From contig OX597838.1 of assembly GCA_951406725.2 (NCBI GenBank), forward strand, positions 15,438,001 to 15,502,000: a stretch of DNA of 64,000 nt, given 5' to 3'. Shown here in pieces: positions 11,869 through 23,661 of the stretch. Each line of letters opens with the position of its first letter. Position 1 is the first letter of the stretch. Made by a program: the position numbers and the translations under genes. The notes below the pieces were generated by a model. The model was not told the DNA's origin. It did not search any database and saw only the letters and a program-made list of their open reading frames with translations. The stretch comes from Octopus vulgaris. Its lineage: Eukaryota.

Positions 11869-12504
11869 ATAGTTCTTTATATGAACCAAACAAAGTAGTT
11901 TGTAGGTGGTCATTCAACTTGCTAGAAACAGCAACTAAGTTTCCTTCAACCGACACCTTACTGCCTGAAAAGAAACAGGATATTAGTGTAGTATGAGACT
12001 GTCATGGTTTTAACACTTCTGATCATAGGACTACTGGTTTGAGACTAATCTGGGTTAAACAATGACAAGCTTAACATTTCTTGGTACTAATAGTTATCAC
12101 TACTCAGCTATATTTAACAAAGTTTGCACCATAGCTAACGGATATCACCAAAAATTGTAGCTGGGTGTGTTATAAAAGAGAACTGACTTCTCATATTTAG
12201 CAGTAAATCTCCTATTTCTAAATAGTGGTAGTGATAGTACCCTTACCAATTAACTGCTACTGTTCGTTAGTTGTACATCTAAAGCAGAAGTAATACCCTT
12301 GATAGTAATGCATGTGTATGTACAAATTTTCATAAACATGCATACATCCATGTTAGCATGCACATATTCACATATATTCACACACACACACACGTGCGCA
12401 ACACATACGTAATTGTTTGTCTTGGATTACTGAGTTCTTGTAACTAATTATATTAAATACAGTTCATATTTTCTGAGCAGTGTAAATATGTGTGTGTGGG
12501 TGGG

Positions 12505-12697
12505 TGTGTGTCTGCATGTCTTGTGTTTGTCCTCCACCATCGCTTGACAACCGATATTGGTGTATTTACATCCCCCGTAACTTAGCAGTTCGGCACAAGA
12601 AACCAATAGAATAAGTACTAGGCTTACAAAAAGTTAGTCCAGGGGTCGATTTGTTCAGCTAAAGGCGGACCTCCTGCATGGCTGCAGTCAAATGGCT
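12505..12697 (+). mobile_element. SINE family B, 3' half
   Basis: cgcttgacaaccgat..aataagtactaggcttacaaa..ggctgcagtcaaatg, the reverse complement of the 13238 copy about 540 bp away. Confidence 0.8.
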
Positions 12698-13021
12698 ATA
12701 TATATATGTGTGTGTGTGTGTGTGTTTATATATATTTATATAAACTATGAGATAGAGGTTATGCAACTGTCTAAGGGATAAATGCATCTGTAGGCACTGC
12801 TGGAGTATTACCTATGTATAGGCCTTGCTGTATGGTTAACAGTAGCTGATAATTTAAAGAGTAAACAGTGGTTTAATATATTCATATAAGAAATGGAGCA
12901 ACATGTAGCAATTAGAAGTTTATCATTAGTATTGAATGATCATAATTATAGTTAAGATAACATTTACAGCTGTTTCAGTTTGTTATTTTGGAGGTAAAGT
13001 TGCAGAATCTGAAAATGCAGT

Positions 13022-13072
<51 letters not shown>

Positions 13073-13237
13073 TTTCTTTCATTTTTGGATTTGGCTTGCA
13101 AGATTCTTTATATGAGTTCGTGTGTTGAAGCATATTTAGAAAATAATAAAGAAATAAGTGGAAATTTTACCGGTGAGTGTGTTAAATAATAAGGCACTAA
13201 AAGAGAATGACTCTCCCCAGACACAACAGAATATTTT

Positions 13238-13584
13238 TTCTTTCTTTTACTTGTTTCAGTCATTTGACTGTGGCCATGCTGGAGCACCACCTTTAGTCAG
13301 GCAAATCGACCCCAGGACTTATTCTTTGTAAGCCTAGTACTTATTCTATCAGTCCCTTTCGCCAAACTGCTAAGTTACGGGGATGTAAACACACCAGCAT
13401 CGGTTGTCAAGCGATATACACACACACACACACACAGTTTCCGTCAACCAAATGCACTCACAAGGCTTTGGTCGGCCCGAGGTTATATCAGAAGACACTT
13501 GTCCAAGGTGCCATGCATTGGGACTGAACCTAGAACCATGTGGTTGGTAAGCAAACTGCTTACCACACAGCCACTCCTGTGCCT
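13238..13584 (-). mobile_element. tRNA-derived SINE family B, full length
   Basis: Minus strand ggcacaggagtggctgtgtggtaag..ggttcagtccc..ccttggacaagtgtcttc, internal TG repeat, end gaaacaagtaaaaga. Confidence 0.88.
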
Positions 13585-13747
13585 ATATATATATATGCAT
13601 GTTTTAAAATTTTTTGATCAGTGGAGTTCCGTGCATGGCACTTAGCAAACTGGCAATTTGACTCTTGGCTCTTGAATCACTTTTGTAACTTTCTGCTGAG
13701 GACAAATGAAAGAAAAAATGTATATACTCATGTGAATTACTTGGTTA

Positions 13748-14054
13748 CCCTGCCAGTGCTGGTGCCATGTTAAAAGCATCTATCTAGTCCACGCTATAAT
13801 GTGGTTGGCATCTGGAAGGGCATCCAGCTGTAAAAATCTTGCCAAAACTAACTTTGCCTGTGCTAGTGCCACATAAAAAGCACCGAGTCCACTCTGTTGA
13901 GTGGTTGGTGTTAGGAAGGGCATTCAGCTGTAAAATCCCTGCCAAAACAGACATAGTAGCCTCGAGTAGATTTTCTACCTGGAGGCTCCTGTCAACTGTC
14001 CTACCATTCATGCATGGAAGATGGATGTTAAACAATGATAATGACAATGATGAT
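13748..14054 (+). mobile_element. Family F retroposon
   Basis: Two ggaagggcatccagctgtaaaa-type motifs; ends catggaagatggatgttaaacaatgataatgac. Confidence 0.75.
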
Positions 14055-14527
14055 AAAACGTGAAACTTTTGTAAAAGTTTTTCAGCTTTAACAAAAGCAT
14101 AGTACTCTACCTTTGGGATTCAAGTACTATTTTCTTCCCCACTTTCTTTTTCATTTATGTACTTTCTTGTGTGTGTGTGTGTGTGCATGTACGCAATTAA
14201 TACAAGTTTCTTTCTTTCTAAGTCGAATTCATCAGAGCATTCATATATATCTTAGTAAACATCCTCAATGAAGCATAATTTAACTGGTACTGCTAGATTT
14301 AACATCATTTCATATAAATATATAGAATTTTAGTGAATCAGCACCAAGTGGCGTGACATTTTGAAAGAAAGACTGCAGGTAGGTCATACCCAAGTATGTC
14401 AACTTCATGAGAAATAAACTGTAAGGTGGGTACAACAAGGGTGGGGTTGTCAATGTTAATTATGGGTGGAAGTGGCAATGGTACAAATGAGGGTGTCAAT
14501 AGGAAAGTGTGTGTATGTGTGTGTGTA

Positions 14528-14570
<43 letters not shown>

Positions 14571-14592
14571 ATATATATATATTTATCTAGGA

Positions 14593-14793
14593 CAGTGGTT
14601 TTCAACCAGGGTTCCGCCAGTACAATCTAGGGGTTCCGCAAGAAGTTACAAAACTGCAAAAATCGGCAGTAATTTTTAAGTCTCCTGTGCAGATATGTGT
14701 GCATAAGACTATTAAATTATTGCACAGGGGTTCCTCGACCCAGTGGAATGTTTCCTTGGAGTTCTGCTCCAGCAAAAAGTTTGCGAAGCACTG
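14593..14793. mobile_element. hAT (Charlie-type) MITE
   Basis: Ends cagtggttttcaac and gtttgcgaagcactg; perfect 8-bp TSD atctagga at 14585-14592 and 14794-14801. Confidence 0.88.
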
Positions 14794-15535
14794 ATCTAGG
14801 ATGTATAATCTCAGCTAATATTAGAATTAATTTCACTTATGAAACCATTTTCTGTTTTATCAAAGAGACATTATTAAATTTAATTGTTAAGTGGAAGGAG
14901 AGGAGGAGATTGGTCATCTTGTTATGGTGTTGTAGTACCGAGTGGGAGTGGGGTGATATTTCATTTCTTTTATTGTAATATTTTATCTTGTTGCATGACA
15001 ACCAACTGGGTTTGTACAAGATAAACTAATACAAAACACATGTAAAAGTTTCACAGTGTTATCACTTGAAATGCAAGCCTTCTTTCTCTCAGAGCTTAAT
15101 ATAGTTGTAACTTCAAGAGCTGAGCTGATCTTTATTTAACATTGTAGACCATATGGAGTTAAACACTATAAGGACTTGGCATCTCATGCTAAAATTGAAA
15201 TTGGTTTGTTTATCTTATTACTCAGTTCTTCTTCACTTTCCTGTCTGTTGGGATTGTCTTAGCTAACCTAACTTTGTTGTCCCACTCTCATCTGCCTTTA
15301 TCTAGTTACCCCTTTTCTGAACCAAGTGTTAATTTATAGATCAAGACAGATCAATTTTCTACCTTTGTTAACTCACCCTCAGGTGTTTGTATCCACTTAA
15401 CCCCTTGTACTTAAATTGTCATTAACCCTTAAGCATTTAAACCAGCCATATCTGGCCCAAATATTCTCTGTTTTTATGTTCAAACCACCCAGATCTGGCT
15501 TCTCGCACTTATCCAACAATGTCATTCTAAAAATA

Positions 15536-15750
15536 TGAAGAGATGCTGAAAAGTTCCTGGTTTTAAGGGTATCACAAAAGGCTTGGTTGGAGGCCCAACC
15601 TTCCGAGTTCTTTTACAGGGCTTAGGAAAAACTGAAGGACTACCTCAATATGCGTGTGAATCTGAAAGTGGAATATGTTGAATAAAATCATTATTAACTT
15701 CTCTTGTATTTTCTTTTACCCAAAGCCAGGAACTTTTCAGCACTTCTTTG
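15536..15750. mobile_element. Tc1/mariner-type MITE
   Basis: TA flanks at 15534-15535 and 15751-15752; TIR core tgctgaaaagttcctgg and ccaggaacttttcagca. Confidence 0.85.
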
Positions 15751-15820
15751 TAAACAATCACTTCATCAGAATCTTGAAGAAGCTATGAGATAAGGCATGA
15801 TTAATTCAAAGCAGTATAAT

Positions 15821-16178
15821 GTTCGTCCTTCGGTTCGAAGATGACCAACTGACATCATCTGATGGAACTGGCGCCATGAGACCGGAGGTGGCTGGTGAGG
15901 CCAATCCGGGCAAGGAAGCCCCTCCCACAGGTGGGGCAGAAGTGGGTAGGGGCCGTGCTACTGGTGCAGGCGGCTCTGGCTTTACGCATCTGACGTTTCT
16001 GCTCCGCTGACCGAATCCGTCCCTCCTCGACTGTCCCTGCTCCCACGGTGATTGCGCTGTGCCAGAATGAACGGTTGGCAGCAAGTGTCTCCCAGGTCTC
16101 TGTTCCGATGGAGAAGTCTTTGAGAGAGACCTTGAGACTATCCTTGTAGCGCTTCTTCTGCCCTCCGACTTTGCGCCT
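15821..16178 (-). mobile_element. 5'-truncated RTE-group LINE 3' end with a C-terminal C2H2 finger
   Basis: Uninterrupted frame 16178-15855: RRKVGGQKKRYKDSLKVSLKDFSI..WETLAANRSFWHSAI...HFCPTCGRGFLARIGLTSHLRSH..*, followed by a short 3'UTR. Confidence 0.88.
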
Positions 16179-16689
16179 TACATTTGACAGAGTAATCTGA
16201 ATGCTAATGGGTTAATTTACTGTAAACAAATGATGTTTTCATTTTGATCCTTTTGACTTTCTCCTTATCACCGTCTCAAGAATAGCTTTTATCTTCCAAG
16301 GTGGGAGTGTGGGAATCAGCTAAGTATGTCCCCATCACACACCCCCAGCAACAGGGATGATCAAAACTCTGTTGGCCCATCAGATTCTGCAGAGTGTAAT
16401 AGTGACAATGAGAACTCTGATGATTGCTTAGCCCAAGTCATTCCTCATCAAGCAGACCAATGATTGAAGGCTATCTAGAAGTGACCATCTTGCTAGGGTT
16501 GACTTTGAGCTAAATATCAATAGAAAGACAGGCTGAAAACAGCAAAAGTAAAATGTGTTTGTTACTCCTTAATGTGCCTTGTGATTTTCTTCCTTTTACT
16601 CCCTTGATACAATAAATAGTTTTTCAGTTAAATTTAGTTTCATGCAGAACAGTTGCAGCAACTATATATGTGTGTGTGTGTGTGTATAA

Positions 16690-17030
16690 AATCACTATCA
16701 ACCAGACCATCAGATGTTGTTGTACACGACTGCTCACAATGCACTTCCAATTCTGTCTTAATTGCACCATTCTTTTTGGTGTCTAAAGTCATGAGCAGAC
16801 ATAGACACTTTCTCAGTCATCCTACCCTTGACCCAGCAGAACATTGAGGGCATGACATCTTGAGGGAAAGAGGGCTGCACTTGCAGTTGGCTGTTACTCA
16901 TTTTCAACTCAGTAGACTGAAGCAAATGGAAATGCAGTGCTTTGCTCAAAAACACTATCTGGTTCATGAAATTAGCGGTTGATTTTGCAGTCATGAGCCA
17001 AATACCTTAACTACCAGGTTGTGTGCATTT
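16690..17030 (-). mobile_element. Diverged tRNA-SINE with a C-like head and a different 3' part
   Basis: Contains gtgctttgctcaaaaacac and aactcagtagactgaagcaa, homologous to the family C 5' half. Confidence 0.55.
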
Positions 17031-17035
17031 ATCAG

Positions 17036-17091
<56 letters not shown>

Positions 17092-17729
17092 ATGTGTGCA
17101 TGTGCATGCATTAATGCATTTGTTTTGCATGATTCTTAATGTGAAATCATGTGTTGGGGAGGGTCATATCTTACAAATTAATGGCAAAATATGACGACCA
17201 TTCTGAAGTATAACAACATTCACACACACACATGCACACACAGACAGAGTTGCAGATGTGGTTTACCAACCTACATGGTTTCAAGTTCAATCCTTGGGCA
17301 GTTGTCTTCTACTATAGCTCCAAGGCTGACCAAAGTCTTTTGAATGGATTTGGAAGATGAAAACTGAAGGGAGTCTGTTTGTACGTGTGCCTGAGTGAAA
17401 AATAATATCGACCTATTTTATTTATATATTATTTATATTTCATTTTATTTTGTTATTTTTCCTTTATTTCTCACTGATTAAATTACTAATTACCACCTAA
17501 TAATTTAGCTACACCTACTTTGTTCTTGGAAAGCTGTCAACAAAACAACTGGGATGGTCATCATTGTTGATCAGGACTTATCTAGAACTAAACAACTACC
17601 CAGATTTATGTAACATGGCACACACCCTTCTTGATATATATCTACCTAACTACATTCACCATTCACACTCCAATTCTCTACTCTTGTTAGCTATATATAT
17701 ATGTGTGTGTGTGTGTATACATACACACA

Positions 17730-17953
17730 TGAGGGGAGGGTGCTGAAAAGTTCCTGGCTTTGAGTGAAAGAAAATACAGGTGGATCATTATATTATACAA
17801 CTTATTCTTCCTCTCAGATTTACCCACTTATAGTAGCAGTCTTTCAGTTTTTCTAAGCCTTGTAAAAAAAAAAAAAAAAATATTGGAAAGCTGGGCTTCC
17901 AACCAGGCCTTTCGTTAGACCCTTAAAACCAGATACTTTTCATCACCCCCTCG
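17730..17953. mobile_element. Tc1/mariner-type MITE, second copy, inverted relative to 15536
   Basis: gagggg..tgctgaaaagttcctggc ... cttttcatcaccccctcg; the interior is the reverse complement of 15536-15750. Confidence 0.8.
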
Positions 17954-18515
17954 TGTGTGTGTATGTGTGTGTATCATTGTTAGCTAACTGTAGGTCTCAT
18001 AGCCCTCAGTTAGTTATCTATAGGCCTATAGCTTTTCAGTTACTGTCTATACACCATAGCCCTCTTTTAACTTAGCTGTATGGTGTACTTTTGTTAGCTG
18101 TATAGTATATCCTGTTAGATAGACTATATGTAACTTGCAATTAGTCATCTCCATCTACCTGATATCTAGACAGAAGCCCTCCAAAATTCTATATTACATC
18201 ATACAAGAGTGTGTGTGTGTGCACATGCTCACACACACATACACGCATGCACACGCACGCACTATTGTGTCTGTCTCTACAGCGATGTGTCATGACCTAT
18301 TTTATTTATGTTGAAGGTGGGGGTGAGCTGTTCCCATACCTTGTACCTACTCTCCCTGTCTCTCGTACATTCTAGAACCCCTTTCCCCGTTATTAATGAA
18401 CTATTGCATTAGAATACATGCATTCTAAAGCAGTCTGATACGTTCTAACCCTTTCCCCACCCACATTCTGAAGCACACATATTCATTCACAAGAACATGT
18501 ATGCAAATGCATGTG

Positions 18516-19170
18516 TGTACACACACACACACACTCTAAAGCACAGTCCTTCACACACATACTTTCTGAAGCACATACCCACACGCACTTCTAAAGCATG
18601 CACATAGATATTTTAAAGCATGTACGCATATTATAAAGGAAGGCGGCGAGCTGGCAGACTCGTTAGCACACCGGGCGAAATGCGTAGCAGTGTTTCGTCT
18701 GCCGTTACGTTCTAAGTTCAAATTCCGCCGAGGTCAACTTTGCTTTTTATCCTTTTGGGGTCGATAAATTAAGTACCAGTTACGCCCTGGGGTCAATGTA
18801 ATCGACATAATCCGTTTGTCCCCTCTGCGTTTAGCCCCTTGTGGGCAGTAGTGAAATACATATTATAAAGGAAGCCTACGTGTGCCTTCTGAAAAGTATC
18901 AACCTTCCAAGACTGTAAGAGCCAAACTTTGATGCGTGTCAGTAGTGATATGCAATGGGTTTTGGGTGACAGACTGTGGTCCTGGAGAGAAAACAAGCAT
19001 GGAAAGGAAAAGAACCATCCTGTAATAAAATACATGGATACGTACAAGTGATGCTCCAATTACATCACTTATATATCTATGTGCATGCTTTAGAAGTGTG
19101 TGTGAGTATGTGCTTCAGAAAGTATGTGTGTGAAGGACTGTGCTTTATAGTGTGTGTGTGTGTGTGTACA
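18516..19170. repeat. Local inverted repeat, arms 18516-18611 and 19073-19170
   Basis: ctaaagcacagtccttcacacacatactttctgaagcacatacccacacgcacttctaaagcatgcacatagatat versus its reverse complement, 3 substitutions. Confidence 0.92.
18643..18858 (+). mobile_element. SINE A1 with TSD
   Basis: 16-bp direct repeat catattataaaggaag at 18627-18642 and 18859-18874. Confidence 0.93.
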
Positions 19171-19217
19171 TGTTGGTGTGTGTGTGTACATGTTCGTGTG
19201 TGTGTGTGTGTGTGTGT

Positions 19218-19457
19218 ACCAGTTTGCTGGACATTGTTGTAGAGCTGAAAACGAGGCAATTTCTACTCTTCTCCTCTGGAAGCCATCTACTCGCAACACC
19301 AGAGGGCGCACACTCTCCGACCCTGATGTAATCTCCAGGGATACAGGCATCCAGCAACAGGACCTCCGTAATGCCATGATGGACCGTGAAGTCTGGCGTA
19401 GCATGGTAAATTCCATTGTCTCGACCACAGTCGAACAATGATGATGAATGATGATGA
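19218..19457 (+). mobile_element. RTE-group LINE 3' end
   Basis: QFAGHCCRAENEAISTLLLWKP..GRTLSDPDVISRDTG...NAMMDREVWR..*, followed by a (TGA)n tail. Confidence 0.8.
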
Positions 19458-19565
19458 TTAAAGATATGAAAATTTTGGAAAACAAGCATATAAAGAAAAC
19501 AATAATCCTGCAATAGAATACTTGTCTACTTGTAAGTGATACTTCAATTACAAAACTTACATGTA

Positions 19566-19961
19566 TACTCTTTTACTCGTTTCAGTCATTTGACTGTGGC
19601 CATGCTGGAGCACCGCCTTTAGTCGAGCAAATTGACCCCAGGACTTATTCTTTGTAAGCCCAGTACTTATTCTATCGATCTCTTTTGCCGAACCACTAAG
19701 TAACGGGGATGTAAACACACCAGCATCGGTTGTCAAGCAATGCTAGGGGGACAAACACAGACACACAAACACATATACATATATATATACATATATACGA
19801 CAGGCTTCTTTCAGTTTCCGTCTACCAAATCCACTCACAAGGCATTGGTCGGCCCGGGGCTATAGCAGAAGACACTTGCCCAAGATGCCACGCAGTGGGA
19901 TTGAACCCGGAACCATGTGGTTGGTTAGCAAGCTACTTACCACACAGCCACTCCTGCACCT
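19566..19961 (-). mobile_element. SINE family B, full length
   Basis: Collinear with the 13238 copy; CpG-rich. Confidence 0.9.
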
Positions 19962-20039
19962 TGGGAGTATGTATTTTATTAAAGAAATTTCAATTTTGAC
20001 TTGCTAGGCTAAAAAGAACCGCAGGATCAATAAAGTGTT

Positions 20040-20630
20040 TACAGTGACAGATATTAAGCAATGTATCAGTGAGACCTGGGCAGCCCTTACAATTCTCCAT
20101 GTAATATGGAAATCTAAGCTCTTGGAGAATCTATAAAAGAACTTCAGGTAGAGGAGTAAAAGTAAGGATAAGCAAGTTAAAAGAGCCCCTGCACAGTGTT
20201 TGAGTCTGTGTTACTTTATGGATCTTCAACCTGGACACTAAGCAGAAGGCTTGGAACTTTGCTGGTTGACATCTGCACATGCATGCTTCATGCTATTTTG
20301 TATGTCTTAGAATACTTCCACAAAAACAAACAAAAAGAAAATATATTCTCCAACTAGCTTCCCAAAGTATCATACACCCTCAAGCAAAAAAGAGATTGTT
20401 TTGCTGGACATTGCTGAAGAAGTAAGGAAGGGTTGGTTAGTGACACCCTACTTTGGATTCCTTGAAATAATCTTGCTCACGTTGTGACTCGGAAAAAACA
20501 TATCAGTAAATTAACAGATGACATTAGATGTTGCTGAAGGGAACTTTCATATGTCATAAAGAGATGGAGGTGGATGGAGCATCAGAGACATGTGATTCAA
20601 AACAAGCTCAACCTAAAGGTGATGACGATG
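20040..20630 (+). mobile_element. Decayed RTE-group LINE 3' region
   Basis: FAGHC*RSKEGLVSDTLLWIP near 20399-20462; ends in gatgacgatga; same lineage as 19218 and 54850. Confidence 0.6.
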
Positions 20631-20787
20631 ACTGTTTTCATTCTTGGTGTCATTGTCTTGTCCTAATATGGCACAGTTTATTGCAGACAGAGGGACATCA
20701 CACACATGGATGATGGTCATTCCACTTTGTTCTCCCTCCATTTATGTATCTATCTAGTGATTCATGGAATTACATCTTTCAGCTGCA

Positions 20788-21060
20788 GGTTTGGCTATGT
20801 GGTTAGGAAGCTCACTTTGCCATGTGGTTTTGGGTTCAATCCCACTGTATGCCACTTTGGTCAAGTGTTTTCTATTATAGCCCTCAGGCCAAACAATGCC
20901 TTGTGAGTGAGTTTGGTGGACCTATGTATGTATGTGTGTGTGTGTATGTGTGTGTGTGTGTATATTTGTTCCCCCCACTGCTTGATAAATGGGGTGATTT
21001 TTTGTTTATGTCCCTGTAACTTAGCAGTACTGCAAAATAGGCTAGTAGATTTGGTACTTG
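20788..21060 (+). mobile_element. SINE family B, diverged
   Basis: tggctatgtggttaggaagc..ggttcaatcccactg..ccttgtgagtgagtttgg. Confidence 0.75.
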
Positions 21061-21954
21061 GGTGTTGTCTTCCACCTTAAGTTAATATCCAACTACCAAA
21101 GCTTATAATTTACAGAAAGAGATCCTGTGAGACCCCTGGCAACAGCTTGTCTGCTCTCACAGGATCAACAAGAGCGAGTAAGACCAAGAGCTCTGAGAAG
21201 TAAAATAGTAAAAATTATAATTTTCTAACAGAAGCAGAAGGTTTGAAGTTTTGGTGGAAGAAGTTCAGCTTACTAAATCATGCCTAGTTCTTGACAGGTA
21301 TTTTATCTTATCGACACCTGAGGGATGATAGATACAGTTGACCTTAACAAGTGTTGAACTCAGAATGTAAAGAACTGGAAAAGATAGGGCAAAGCATTTT
21401 GTTTGGCGGTTGTAATGATTCTACAAAGACTTAGATACAAGTTTGCTGATTAGGTGGGATGAAACAGTTGATATAAATCATCCCAGTACATGACAAGCAC
21501 TTTATTTTATTGCTCCTGTAACATTGGAGAGTAAAGTTAACCACGGTGAGATTTGAACTTGGAAACATAGAGGGACATCATTAAATCATTGTAAGGCAGC
21601 ACAGGATGTTGGCTGTCATATATCACTTTACCTATTCTGCCAATAATAATCAAACCTGTCACTACTTTATTTTAGTCAAATCTAACTGCTGCTGCTACTA
21701 CTACTACTGCCACTAGCAATGCCATCTCCAACACCACTGCTACTACTGCTACTACTACTACTACTACTACTAACTGTTGCGCTTTAGTTATTCCCGTGTG
21801 TTCCAGCTTTCTCTTCATCATTCCAATACATGAATAGACAAGAGAAATAATTTACACACTCTCTGTCTCTTTCTCTCTCACTCTTTTCTTCTCTCCTGTT
21901 TTCTTCTTGTTGAAAAGAAAAAGAATAAACTGGACATATGTTAAAGGTTTCCTT

Positions 21955-22495
21955 GTGCTCTCTCCCTTTTTCTCTCTCTCTCTCTCTCTCCCTTCCTCTC
22001 TCTTTCTGTCCTTTTCTCCATCTTTTCTCTGTCTTTCTTTCTCTCTGTCTTTCTCTGCCTCTCTGTTTTTTTTTCTGTCTGTCTGTCTCACTTTCTCTGT
22101 CTCACTTTCTCTGTCTCTCTTTCTCTGTCTCTCTTTCTCTGTCTCTCTCTCTCTGTCTCTGTCTCTCTTTCTCTGTCTCTGTCTCACTTTCTCTGCCTCT
22201 GTCTCTCTTTCTCTGTCTCTGTCTCTCTTTCTCTGTCTCTGTCTCTCTTTCTCTGTCTCAGTCTCTCTTTCTCTGTCTCAGTCTCTCTTTCTCTGTCTCT
22301 GTCTCTCTTTCTCTGTCTCTGTCTCACTTTCTCTGTCTCTGTCTCTCTGTCTCTGTCTCTCTTTCTCTGTCTCTGTCTCTCTTTCTCTGTCTCTGTCTCT
22401 GTCTCTCTTTCTCTGTCTCAATCTCTCTTTCTCTGTCTCTCTTTCTCTGTCTCTGTCTCTCTGTCTCTGTCTCTCTTTCTCTGTCTCTGTCTGTC
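21955..22495. repeat. CT-rich simple repeat, (TCTCTG/TCTCTT)n
   Basis: About 540 bp of ctctgt/ctcttt units; source of the spurious LSF/RE ORFs. Confidence 0.97.
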
Positions 22496-22568
22496 TATTA
22501 CTGATGTTTCAGACTATTTCAGGGTGGAGAGAGGAGTGACAGCAGCAGCAGATTAGCATGTACACACA

Positions 22569-22615
<47 letters not shown>

Positions 22616-22760
22616 CTAAGGCTTACTTATCTTCCTATCTGCTACATACATATTCCGTATTATTATTATTTATTTTTTAAAAATTTTGGTGAGGGATGTT
22701 CCTCTTCACCGATTTCTCTCTGAACATTTCCCCCAGTTTCCTTAGTTACTCTCTCTCTCT

Positions 22761-22799
<39 letters not shown>

Positions 22800-23022
22800 G
22801 CCAGTCACTAGTTCCATCAGTTGCTGCCGCTACTAATGCTACTACAATAGTAAATTAGCAGTTCTTCATTGTCAATGTAGTTGATACACACTTTGTCTGG
22901 ATTCAGTCCATAAATCTAAATGGAAAAGTTAATATAGAAATTTTAGCAGATATTGGCATTTTTCACCCAGTTTCTTATGTCTACTGATGTATGTCCATTA
23001 TATATGTGTGTGTATAATGTAT

Positions 23023-23068
<46 letters not shown>

Positions 23069-23127
23069 AAACATACAAATACACATACATATATATATAA
23101 AATACACACACACACAACATAGAGGAA

Positions 23128-23174
<47 letters not shown>

Positions 23175-23661
23175 GAGGAATTGAGGGGCCTTCTGTGTCT
23201 GTCTTCCATCTGTTTGTGTACTCTATGCGTTGTATGTTTTTTTCTACTTGTCGTTTGTGTATTTGCAATGCATATATATATACATATATAAACTGATAGG
23301 TTAGACTGTCTTGTGGTATCCATTCAAGCTGTTTGTGTGTACTCTGCGTTTGAATCCTGCTGAGGTCAAGTTACCCTTTGTTCGTCTCTGGAGGGATCAA
23401 TACTGTACTATTTCAATATTGGGTAAATCTCCAACCTTCCAATGTTCTTTGGAAGAAATCATCTGTTGTCTGACACATAGAGTAAATGACTTCTGCCTCG
23501 TTTAGATGCTCACAACAAGCTGTGTATCACAGCAGCACTCGTATAACTCTGTCAGGATTTGCAGACTGACAGACAGGAAGGATGTCATCATCATCACCAT
23601 CGTCATCAGCACTATCCATTCTTTTTTTTTTTCCATGCTGGTATGGATTAATGGGTTAGAT

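Larger units (their letters stand above)
15426..16211. mobile_element. piggyBac-type MITE (family E) carrying two nested insertions
   Basis: TTAA|ccctt..tggg|TTAA (15422-15425, 16212-16215). The three remaining pieces are collinear with the intact copy at 29061-29281. Confidence 0.85.

Noticed and set aside
12962-12982. GAAACAGCTGTA (minus strand), hammerhead 3' half; similar at about 24585-24605
   Set aside because: No matching CUGANGA box upstream.
21852-22539. Longest ORFs in the track (up to 210 aa)
   Set aside because: Translations of a CT-rich simple repeat; no protein-like complexity.
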